From an uncultured virus (IMG/VR IMGVR_UViG_3300020577_001549) (lineage: Duplodnaviria; Heunggongvirae; Uroviricota; Caudoviricetes), in the IMG/VR virus record IMGVR_UViG_3300020577_001549: 20,000 nucleotides of DNA. One strand, 5' to 3'. The notes beneath the pieces were generated by a model, which saw only the letters and a list, made by a program, of their open reading frames with translations, was not told the DNA's origin and did not search any database. Shown piece by piece: positions 6,440 to 13,935 of this stretch (positions are counted from its first letter, which is position 1; every line of letters starts with the position of its first letter). The position numbers and the translations under genes are program-made.

Positions 6440-7096
6440 ATGGCGATGACCTATGCCCAGCTCGTGACGGCGGTTCAAGACTACTGTGAGAACACGTTTC
6501 CCACGGTGGACATGAACACGTTCATCCAGCAGGCGGAACAGCGCATCTACAACACGGTGCAGCTGGCGAGTCTTCGCAAAAACATGACCGGTGTGCTGTC
6601 CGCAAACAACAAGTACCTGTCGGCCCCCAACGATTTTCTGTCAGCGTACTCGCTGGCCGTCATCGACACCAACGGGGACTACCTGTACCTGCTGAACAAG
6701 GACGTGAACTTCATCCGTGAAGCCTACCCGTCGTCCACCGCCACCGGGCTGCCCAAGCACTACGCCATCTTTGGCCCGCAGAGTTCGGACGCCAAGGAGC
6801 TGTCGTTCATCTTGGGCCCAACGCCCGATCTGAGCTATTCCGTCGAGCTGCATTTCTACTACTACCCCGAGTCCATCGTGACGGCTGGCCAGACTTGGCT
6901 GGGCGACAACTTCGATTCCGCGCTGCTCAACGGCACCATGGTCGAAGCGATCCGGTTCATGAAGGGTGAGCAGGACATGGTTCAGCTGTACCAAGCTATG
7001 TACGAGCAGTCGATTGCTCTGCTGAAGAACTTGGGTGACGGCAAGCAACGGATGGATGCCTACCGTGACGGCCAAGTCAGAACGGGGGTTGCATGA
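6440..7096 (+). CDS. Second putative adaptor/head-completion protein, 218 aa
   Basis: SD AAGGA. Motifs 'MTYAQLV.AVQDY.E....FIQQAEQRI', 'YL..P.DFL', 'GLPKHYA', 'LGPTPD..Y.VEL.YYY.P', 'WLGDN...ALL.G..VEA..F+K'. The architecture is similar to 4877..5581. Confidence 0.7.
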   Translation: MAMTYAQLVTAVQDYCENTFPTVDMNTFIQQAEQRIYNTVQLASLRKNMTGVLSANNKYLSAPNDFLSAYSLAVIDTNGDYLYLLNKDVNFIREAYPSSTATGLPKHYAIFGPQSSDAKELSFILGPTPDLSYSVELHFYYYPESIVTAGQTWLGDNFDSALLNGTMVEAIRFMKGEQDMVQLYQAMYEQSIALLKNLGDGKQRMDAYRDGQVRTGVA

Positions 7097-7509
7097 GCAG
7101 CATCGTCCAGACACAGACGACCAGCTTCAAAAAGGAGCTGTACCAAGCGATCCACGACCTGTCCACCGACACGTTGATGATCGCCCTGTACACGGCCAAC
7201 GCGGACTTGAATGCCGCCACCACCGCGTACAGCACCGCCGACGAAGTCTCTGGTGGCGGGTACACCGCCGGGGGTGTTGCGCTGACCGGTGTGACCATCA
7301 ACTCTGACGGGTACACGGCCTACGTCAACTTCAACAACGTGAGCTTTGGCGCATCTGTGACAGCCCGGTGTGCGCTGATCTACAATTTGAGCAAAGCCAG
7401 CCGTTCGATCGCAGTGCTGGATTTTGGGTCCGACAAGACCTCGACCAGCTTTTCCATCACCATGCCAGCGAACACCGCCACTGCAGCGCTGATTCGCAGT
7501 TCAATCTGA
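7093..7509 (+). CDS. Putative tail/fibre-associated structural protein, 138 aa
   Basis: ATGA overlap with the upstream gene. 'TSFKKEL....HDL..DT..IALYT.......TT.Y....EVSG.GYTAGG..L' and 'ARCALIYN......IAVLDFG.DKTS' patterns of minor tail proteins. Confidence 0.7.
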   Translation: MSSIVQTQTTSFKKELYQAIHDLSTDTLMIALYTANADLNAATTAYSTADEVSGGGYTAGGVALTGVTINSDGYTAYVNFNNVSFGASVTARCALIYNLSKASRSIAVLDFGSDKTSTSFSITMPANTATAALIRSSI

Positions 7510-7518
7510 GGAGCAACC

Positions 7519-8097
7519 ATGTCTCTTGAAAAAATCAAAACTTCCGACACCATGGCCAGCGGCTTGATCGCGGGCACACGCTCGGGCGAAGACGCGGTGG
7601 CCCTTGGGTACTTCACCGTGCAGTGCTTCGACAAGGACGGCAACCTGAAGTGGGAAACGCAAAACCACAACCTTGTGGTGAACCAAGGCCTGCAGTACAT
7701 GTGCGGCACAGCGCTGACAAGCGTGTCTCAGCTCACCAGCTGGTACATTGGCTTGTATGGCGCTGGCGCGTCGAACACCCCGGCCGCTGGCGACACCATG
7801 GCTTCGCACGCTGGCTGGACAGAGATCGTGCCGTACAGCAACGCCGCACGCCCGGCCTGCACCTTTGCGACAGCAACAACCGCAAACCCTTCGGTGGCCA
7901 CCAACTCAGCATCGCCAGCAGCGTTTTCCATCAACGCAACCGCCACGGTGGGCGGAGCATTCTTGGTGAGCAACAGCACAAAATCCGGCACCACCGGCAC
8001 CTTGTTCTCGGCTGCGGACTTCTCATCCCCCGGCGACCGGAACGTGGCGTCTGGCGACACGCTGAACGTCACCTACACACTCAGCTTGGCTGGTTGA
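7519..8097 (+). CDS. Putative tail/fibre-associated structural protein, 192 aa
   Basis: SD GAGGAG. 'DKDGNLKWE...NLVVNQGL', 'WYIGL', 'GWTE..Y...RP', 'FSI....TVGG.FL......G.LFSA.DF....R.V.SGDTLNVTY' pattern seen in virion tail proteins. Confidence 0.7.
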   Translation: MSLEKIKTSDTMASGLIAGTRSGEDAVALGYFTVQCFDKDGNLKWETQNHNLVVNQGLQYMCGTALTSVSQLTSWYIGLYGAGASNTPAAGDTMASHAGWTEIVPYSNAARPACTFATATTANPSVATNSASPAAFSINATATVGGAFLVSNSTKSGTTGTLFSAADFSSPGDRNVASGDTLNVTYTLSLAG

Positions 8098-8120
8098 TCG
8101 CCATCGGCTTTGGAGCGTCC

Positions 8121-8288
8121 ATGAAAATCGACTTTCAGTTTGAAACGCCGCATGGCATCTTCCGTGATGCCTTGCATCTGGCGGACGACCACACGTTTAC
8201 GGAAGAAGAGATTCAAGCCATGAAGCAGCAGCGCCTTGACAAATGGGTTGCCCTCATCACTGCGCCGCCTGTTGATGAGGTAGCGTAA
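8121..8288 (+). CDS. Small hypothetical protein, 55 aa, coupled to the adhesin gene
   Basis: SD GGAG at 8112-8115 and ATG 8121: MKIDFQFETPHGIFRDALHLADDHTFTEEEIQAMKQQRLDKWVALITAPPVDEVA. TAATG overlap with the next gene. The track's 7623 start runs through the upstream gene in another frame. Confidence 0.72.
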   Translation: MKIDFQFETPHGIFRDALHLADDHTFTEEEIQAMKQQRLDKWVALITAPPVDEVA

Positions 8289-11200
8289 TGGCCGATCGGT
8301 TCTGGGTTGGTGGGACGGGGACATGGAGTTCGGTTTCCACAACCAACTGGTCCGCAAGCTCTGGCGGGCCTAGTGGCGCTTCGGCCCCAACAGCGACCGA
8401 TAGTGTGTTTTTTGACCAAGCCGGGTCGTACACAGTAAACTTCTCAGGCACGATTGCATGCGACAATTTCACCGTTTCTGCTGGCACGGTGACGTTTGCC
8501 TCAACCGGGACCTTGACGGTTAACGGCAACTGGAACACAAACGCAACAGTCGCTTTTACGCAGACAAACGCAATCGTGCTCGGTGCCACAACGGCAAAAA
8601 CCGTCACAACAAATGGCGGCGTACTGGGGCCATTGACGTTTTCAGGGAGCGGCGGAAGCTGGGCGTTGCAAGACGCCTTGAACGCCACCGCAACTCCGGC
8701 GTCAACAACAGTCACCCTTACTCAGGGGACGCTTGATCTAAACGGCAATACGTTCACATGCGGGCGGTTTGTAAGCTCCAATACGAACACGCGCACAATT
8801 GCGTTTGGGTCAAGCAACATTGTCCTTACGGGCAACGGTACGATCTGGAATTTGAGCACCGTCACAGGATTGACAATCACCGGCACTCCGGTGGTCAACA
8901 TAACCAACAGCACGGCCACGGCAACAACGGTTACTCCGGGCGCTTTGTCTGAGGCGATGGCTTGCAGTTTTGTATTCAGCGGCACAGGAGCAGCCACGTA
9001 CACGTTCTTGACGACCGGGACACACAATGCAAAAGATGTGACGTTTACGAGCACTTTTGGTGGGACTTGGGGGTCCACTGTTGCCGGATCGGTGTACGGA
9101 GAATTTCTATTTCAACCGTCTTCGGGTTTGAGTTTTACCGGGGCAATCGCCTTCCGGGGCACCAATGCTTCCAACAACATCACATCAAACGACACAGCGT
9201 TTTCCGCCGGGGTTACATTCAACGGCGTTGGAAAAACTTGGACGCTCCAAAACGCCTTTAGCGTAACCTCAACCGCACTCACAAACGGCACCCTAAATTT
9301 AAATGGGTACTCGTGGACCGCCACGACATTTTCGACCGTTGCCGGGGTAAAAAACTTGACGTTCAATGGCGGCTCGGTGGTGGTAACTACCAATTCATCG
9401 ACGGCGTTCAACAACGCGGCACCAACAGGGTTTACAACGACCGCAGGCACTGCAAACGGTGTCATTTCGTTGACCTCTAGTTTCCAAAAAACCTTTGTTG
9501 GCGGGGGCTCAACATACGCGGCAACGATTAACCAAGGTGGTGCTGGCGCATTGTTGATCTCCGGCTCAAACACGTTGGTTGGAATCTCTAACACCTATTC
9601 AGTTTCCGGGGCTACAACGATCTCTTTTACGTCTGGCATCACGACAACCGTTTCAGGCTTTTCGGCTGACGGTGCCCTCGGTAAAGTGCTGACCCTTAAC
9701 ACCACCACGCCGGGTGCTCGGGCTACGATTGCGCTGTCTGGTGGCGGAACCGTGATAGGTAACGATTACCTGAACTGGAGGGACCTTAACTTCACCCCAT
9801 TTGTGACCGACGGCACCGCTGCGTACAACTGGTACGCTGGGGTCAACTCCACAAGCTCTGGCAATTCAACTGGCATTGTTGCGCTTGCGGCCGGGTACAA
9901 GGCGTACCACATAACATCTGGCACAACATGGACGGTTCCATCCGACTGGAATAACGCAGACAACACCATTTATCTTGTTGGTGGCGGTGGGGGCGGCGGA
10001 GGGGGGCGGGCGACAAGCACGACCAACAAAGCCGCAGGCGGTGGCGGCGGTGGCGGCGGGTTCACGGCAATCTCAAACTATTTTTTAAGTGGGAGCGTCG
10101 GGTACGCGATTGGTGCTGGGGGTACTTCAGGGGCCGGTGGTGGCGGTGCTGGCGGTATGGGGGGGACTACTAGCTTCGACGTCTTTTCCGCCGTTGGTGG
10201 GCTAGGTGGGTCCACCACAGTAATCCCAACCTCCGTAGGTGGCGCAGGGGGTGGTGGCAGTACATATACCGGCGGCACCGGCGGCGCGGGAGCAACCACA
10301 ACCACCCTTAGCGTAGGTTGCGGCGCAGGAGGCGGGGGCGGCGCGGCTGGCCCTCTCGGCAACGGCGGCAACGGTGGAAACGGGGCTACCGGGGGCGCAT
10401 CTACCACCCCGGGTGGTGGCGGAGGCGGCAACGGCGGCGGGACTGCGGGCAGCAATGCAGTTGCCTCTACATCTGGCGGAGCTGGCGGCAACAACGCTGC
10501 GGGTGTCGGCGGAGGCGCAACCAGAACAACCACGGGGGCAAACGTCGGAACCGTGGGCGGCGGCGGTAGCGGCGGCTTTAACGGCGATGCGGGCGCGGGT
10601 AGTGCTGGGATTGAGATTTTTCAGGCAACAGGCTCCGGCGGCGGAGTTGGCGGGGCTTCACTTGGGGTTTCGGTTGCTGGCGTCAATGGTGCCGGGGGTA
10701 ACGGCGGATATGTATCAACGGGCACAACCACATCTTCCGGCGGTGCTGGCGGCGCTGGGTTCATCTTCATTGTTTATTTGTCGTCGGGGGGCTCCGGCGT
10801 TTCAGGCAGCTTCTCCGACTCGGCCACAGGCTCTGATGTTTTCTCGGCCGCAATCGCATTCCGCTCGGTTTTTTCCGATCTCGCTACTGCCGCTGAAGCG
10901 TGGGCCGTGCAAGCAAACCTGAACGCAATTGCTGAAGAGACTGCGGCCGGCACAGACCTGCTTGGCCAATCCCAAATCGCATACCCAAGCGTTGACGAGT
11001 CCGTTTCTGGCAGCGATGCGGCCACGGTGCTTGCCGACCTTCATGTGCTGCTCTATGAGACAGCCAGCGCATCAGACGCTGTTGCTGGGTTTGCCGCCAT
11101 ACAGGTGAGCGTGTCCGAAACCGCAACCAGCAGCGACACCCAGCAAGGCGTTGTGATTTTTGTCGGGGACATTTCCGAGCTGGCCTCCAGCACTGACGTT

Positions 11201-11515
11201 GTGGCCAGCATTGTCAGCTTCGCCTCACAGGTGCTCGAAACCACGACCACCACAGACGTTACGCTGGTTGCCCCAAGCGCATTCTCGATTGTGGTTGCCG
11301 AGGCAGTGACAGCATTGAGCGAGCTATTCCCCAAGGGCACTTTCAACGTCAGCTTGTCGGAAACCGCCACTGCATTAGACGCAATGGTTGGCGCATACCT
11401 GTGGAACCCGATTGATGACAGCCAAACAGCGAACTGGCAAAATGTAAGCAACCCGCAGTCGTCCAGCTGGACCGATGTGCCCAATTCTCAGTCTCCGGGC
11501 TGGACCGATATTTAA
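8288..11515 (+). CDS. Large mosaic tail fibre/adhesin, 1075 aa (beta-helix-like region + glycine-rich domain + 20-aa repeats)
   Basis: N-terminus 'MADRFWVGGTGTW....NWS..SGG..GAS.PT..D.VFFD'; duplicated 'TF.G.G..W.LQ.A....LT.GTL.LNG' units; poly-Gly domain at ~9905-10780; ten 20-aa repeats; Trp-periodic C-terminus. Confidence 0.8.
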   Translation: MADRFWVGGTGTWSSVSTTNWSASSGGPSGASAPTATDSVFFDQAGSYTVNFSGTIACDNFTVSAGTVTFASTGTLTVNGNWNTNATVAFTQTNAIVLGATTAKTVTTNGGVLGPLTFSGSGGSWALQDALNATATPASTTVTLTQGTLDLNGNTFTCGRFVSSNTNTRTIAFGSSNIVLTGNGTIWNLSTVTGLTITGTPVVNITNSTATATTVTPGALSEAMACSFVFSGTGAATYTFLTTGTHNAKDVTFTSTFGGTWGSTVAGSVYGEFLFQPSSGLSFTGAIAFRGTNASNNITSNDTAFSAGVTFNGVGKTWTLQNAFSVTSTALTNGTLNLNGYSWTATTFSTVAGVKNLTFNGGSVVVTTNSSTAFNNAAPTGFTTTAGTANGVISLTSSFQKTFVGGGSTYAATINQGGAGALLISGSNTLVGISNTYSVSGATTISFTSGITTTVSGFSADGALGKVLTLNTTTPGARATIALSGGGTVIGNDYLNWRDLNFTPFVTDGTAAYNWYAGVNSTSSGNSTGIVALAAGYKAYHITSGTTWTVPSDWNNADNTIYLVGGGGGGGGGRATSTTNKAAGGGGGGGGFTAISNYFLSGSVGYAIGAGGTSGAGGGGAGGMGGTTSFDVFSAVGGLGGSTTVIPTSVGGAGGGGSTYTGGTGGAGATTTTLSVGCGAGGGGGAAGPLGNGGNGGNGATGGASTTPGGGGGGNGGGTAGSNAVASTSGGAGGNNAAGVGGGATRTTTGANVGTVGGGGSGGFNGDAGAGSAGIEIFQATGSGGGVGGASLGVSVAGVNGAGGNGGYVSTGTTTSSGGAGGAGFIFIVYLSSGGSGVSGSFSDSATGSDVFSAAIAFRSVFSDLATAAEAWAVQANLNAIAEETAAGTDLLGQSQIAYPSVDESVSGSDAATVLADLHVLLYETASASDAVAGFAAIQVSVSETATSSDTQQGVVIFVGDISELASSTDVVASIVSFASQVLETTTTTDVTLVAPSAFSIVVAEAVTALSELFPKGTFNVSLSETATALDAMVGAYLWNPIDDSQTANWQNVSNPQSSSWTDVPNSQSPGWTDI
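10808..11410 (+). repeat. Ten tandem 20-aa (60-nt) degenerate protein repeats, consensus x-[VFL]-S-E-T-A-T-x-x-D
   Basis: Repeat heads SFSDSATGSD, VFSDLATAAE, IAEETAAGTD, SVDESVSGSD, LLYETASASD, SVSETATSSD, DISELASSTD, QVLETTTTTD, VVAEAVTALS and SLSETATALD, spaced 20 aa apart (one is 21). Confidence 0.8.
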
Positions 11516-11524
11516 GGACAAACC

Positions 11525-12358
11525 ATGTCAAGCACTTTCTCCAGCCTCAAGTTTGAGCTGATTGGCACCGGGGACCAGTCTGGTACTTGGGGCTCAACCA
11601 CCAACACCAACATCGGCACTGCCATCGAGCAGGCCATCGCTGGCATGGCCACTTTGACCGCCGGCAACTTCACTGCCAACGTGGCCACCCTGACGCTGAC
11701 GGACACCAACGCCGCTCAGAACGCCCGCGCACTGGCGCTCGTGGTGGCCAACGGCTCGCTGTCGGCCGCAGGCACGATCAACGTCCCCGCCGTCCAAAAG
11801 CCCTACATCATCATCAACAACGATGTTTGGGACGTCACAGTCAAGGTGTCTGGCCTGACTGGTGTGCTGGTGCCCGCTGGCAAGCGCACGGTGGTGTACA
11901 ACAACGGCACCGATGTGGGTGAAGAGATCAGCTACCTGACCGCCTTGGCACTGGGCACACCTCTGCCAGCCAGCAGCGGCGGCACCGGGGGCGCATCCCT
12001 TGCGGTGGCGCAGATCGTCACATACACGGGCGCGGAAACCCTGACCAACAAGACGTTCACCGGCTACACGGAAACCGTCTACGCCATCACTGACGGTGGG
12101 TCGGTGGTCATCAACCCCGCCAACGGCACGATCCAGACATGGACGCTGGGCGCAAACCGCTCTCCTTCGATCACGATGAGCGCAGGCCAAAGCCTGACAT
12201 TGATGGTCGATGACGGCACCGCCTACGCGGTCACATGGCCATCGGTCACGTGGGTTGGCGGCACCGCCCCCACGCTGCCTACCACCGGCTACGGCGTGAT
12301 TGTGCTGTGGAAGGTCGGGACAACGGTGTACGGCAACTACGTTGGGAAGGTGGCCTGA
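11525..12358 (+). CDS. Putative tail fibre protein, 277 aa
   Basis: SD AAGGA. Conserved-type N-terminal anchor MSSTFSSLKFELIGTGDQSGTWGSTTNTN, fibre motifs 'LPASSGGTG' and 'ETLTNKT', and a C-terminal 'ANGTIQ.WTL..N....GQS.TL......Y.VTWP.V.W.GG.APTL' domain. Confidence 0.75.
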   Translation: MSSTFSSLKFELIGTGDQSGTWGSTTNTNIGTAIEQAIAGMATLTAGNFTANVATLTLTDTNAAQNARALALVVANGSLSAAGTINVPAVQKPYIIINNDVWDVTVKVSGLTGVLVPAGKRTVVYNNGTDVGEEISYLTALALGTPLPASSGGTGGASLAVAQIVTYTGAETLTNKTFTGYTETVYAITDGGSVVINPANGTIQTWTLGANRSPSITMSAGQSLTLMVDDGTAYAVTWPSVTWVGGTAPTLPTTGYGVIVLWKVGTTVYGNYVGKVA

Positions 12359-12996
12359 TGTTGCTCGCAACCAAACTCATGGGGTCGAGCCGGGCGCTGA
12401 CGTTTGTGGCATCGGCCACGGGCGTAACCAGCATTGCCAGCATGCCTGCGCATCAAGCGGGCGATCTCTTGGTGGCGTTCTCGGCACTCAACAGCGGCGG
12501 CGTGTCTGGCCAAAAGCCAACGCTTCCGTCTGGTTGGACATCGTTTTCAAGCAACTCAAGCAGCGGCTCGCTCAGTGTTGGCACCCAAGGCGGGTACAAA
12601 ATTGCCACATCCGATGCGGAAACATCGGGTACATGGACTGGGGCGGAGGGGTTGATCCTTTGCGTTTATCGCAATTCGTCTGGACTGGGGACCACAAACA
12701 CCACCGGGTACACCGCATCGTCGTTGTCCGTCATCTATGCGTCCATGGCTACGTTTCAGGTGGCCAGCGGAACCTCATTTGCCGTGGGTTTGGTGGCCAC
12801 CGAAACGGCGTCCACCGTCGCCATCAACACCGCGCCAACCGGAATGGTGAACCGCAACTACGTGGCCAACGCCAACCTGTCAATGGCTTTTCATGACACC
12901 AATCAAGGCGTTACCAATTGGGGCACTCAAACGGCGTACATTGGGACCAACGTATCTGACCGGTGGGTGTCCCGGGTAGAACTCAAGCAAGCGTAA
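12358..12996 (+). CDS. Putative fibre-tip/receptor-binding accessory protein, 212 aa
   Basis: Coupled start TGATG at 12358 (MLLATKLMGSSRALTFVASATG). Ser/Thr-rich beta-sandwich pattern 'MP.HQAGDLLVAF...PTLPSGWT...YKIA...ETSG.W'. Confidence 0.65.
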   Translation: MLLATKLMGSSRALTFVASATGVTSIASMPAHQAGDLLVAFSALNSGGVSGQKPTLPSGWTSFSSNSSSGSLSVGTQGGYKIATSDAETSGTWTGAEGLILCVYRNSSGLGTTNTTGYTASSLSVIYASMATFQVASGTSFAVGLVATETASTVAINTAPTGMVNRNYVANANLSMAFHDTNQGVTNWGTQTAYIGTNVSDRWVSRVELKQA

Positions 12997-13007
12997 AGGA
13001 GCGCCCC

Positions 13008-13412
13008 ATGATCGACGCACTTCTCAATGTGGGCGGGAAGCTCATCGACAAGCTCATCCCTGACCCCGAAGCCAAGGCCAGAGCGCAGCTTGAACTGGCG
13101 ACGCTGGCGCAAAATGGCGAACTGGCGCAGATGGCCAACGACACCAAGCTGTTTGAGGTCGCGCAGACCAACACCACAGACCGCTGGAAAGCAGACATGG
13201 TGTCTGACTCTTGGCTGTCCAAAAACATCCGCCCCATGGCCCTGATTGCCATCTTCACGGCGTATTTCGTGTTCACCATGATGTCGGCGTTTGGATACAG
13301 TGCCCAAGAATCCTACGTCGAGCTGCTGGGCCAGTGGGGACAGATCATTTTTGTGGCCTACTTTGGGGGCCGCACGATCGAAAAGTTGGCCGACATGAAG
13401 GGCCGTAAATGA
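13008..13412 (+). CDS. Putative holin (3TM, GTA-holin-like), 134 aa
   Basis: SD AAGGAG and ATG 13008. 'VGGKLIDKLIPDPEAKA.AQLEL', 'RW.ADM.SDSWL.KNIRP', hydrophobic segments and 'YFGGRT.EK'. Directly upstream of the endolysin. Confidence 0.75.
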   Translation: MIDALLNVGGKLIDKLIPDPEAKARAQLELATLAQNGELAQMANDTKLFEVAQTNTTDRWKADMVSDSWLSKNIRPMALIAIFTAYFVFTMMSAFGYSAQESYVELLGQWGQIIFVAYFGGRTIEKLADMKGRK

Positions 13413-13927
13413 ACGGCAACTTCGACCGCGCTCTTGCAGACCTGCTGGCTCCTGATCGCGAAGGCGGGTTCAGCAACCACCCGGAAGACCCGGGCGGCAT
13501 AACCAACCATGGTGTCACCAAAGCAACGTGGGAAGCGTGGGTTGGCCATGCGGTCAGTGAAAAGGCCATGCGGGCGTTGACCCATGCAGATGTGGCCCCG
13601 CTGTACCGCCGCAAGTATTGGGACGCCGCGCGGTGTGGGGAATTGCCTGATGGGGTTGACTACATCGTCTTTGACACCGCCGTGAACAGCGGCGTTGGGC
13701 GGGCCATTAAATTCCTGCAGGGGTGCGTGGGTGTCGATATGGATGGTGCCTTCGGGCCCAAAACAATGGCCGCAGTCAAGGCCGCGGACAAGCAGCAACT
13801 GGTCGAGGACTACGCCAAGCGCCGCCTTTCGTTCTTGAGCGATCTGCGCACATGGGGTACATTCGGAAGGGGCTGGAGCCGCCGCGTGGCGGAGGTGCAG
13901 AAAACAGCCTCCGACATGCTCGCATGA
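13409..13927 (+). CDS. Endolysin, glycoside hydrolase family 108 with a C-terminal peptidoglycan-binding domain, 172 aa
   Basis: Catalytic signature EGGFSNHPEDPGGITNHGVT, plus 'YRRKYWD', 'LP.GVD..VFD.AVNSG..RA.K.LQ', 'DG.FGPKT' and 'FGRGWSRRV'. ATGA overlap with the holin gene. Confidence 0.9.
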   Translation: MNGNFDRALADLLAPDREGGFSNHPEDPGGITNHGVTKATWEAWVGHAVSEKAMRALTHADVAPLYRRKYWDAARCGELPDGVDYIVFDTAVNSGVGRAIKFLQGCVGVDMDGAFGPKTMAAVKAADKQQLVEDYAKRRLSFLSDLRTWGTFGRGWSRRVAEVQKTASDMLA

Positions 13928-13935
13928 GGTAGGCT

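Noticed and set aside
3681..6441. Minus-strand ORFs of 239, 399 and 338 aa
   Set aside because: They span several well-supported + strand genes, as expected by chance in GC-rich coding DNA.
7623..8120. N-terminal extension of the 221-aa track ORF
   Set aside because: Off-frame overlap with the 192-aa gene. Only 8121..8288 has an SD and protein-like composition.
9970..10760. GGC/GGT-rich tract as a DNA microsatellite, G-quadruplex element or PE-PGRS/collagen gene
   Set aside because: Explained by poly-glycine coding with varied synonymous codons. There is no Gly-X-Y periodicity and no PE domain.
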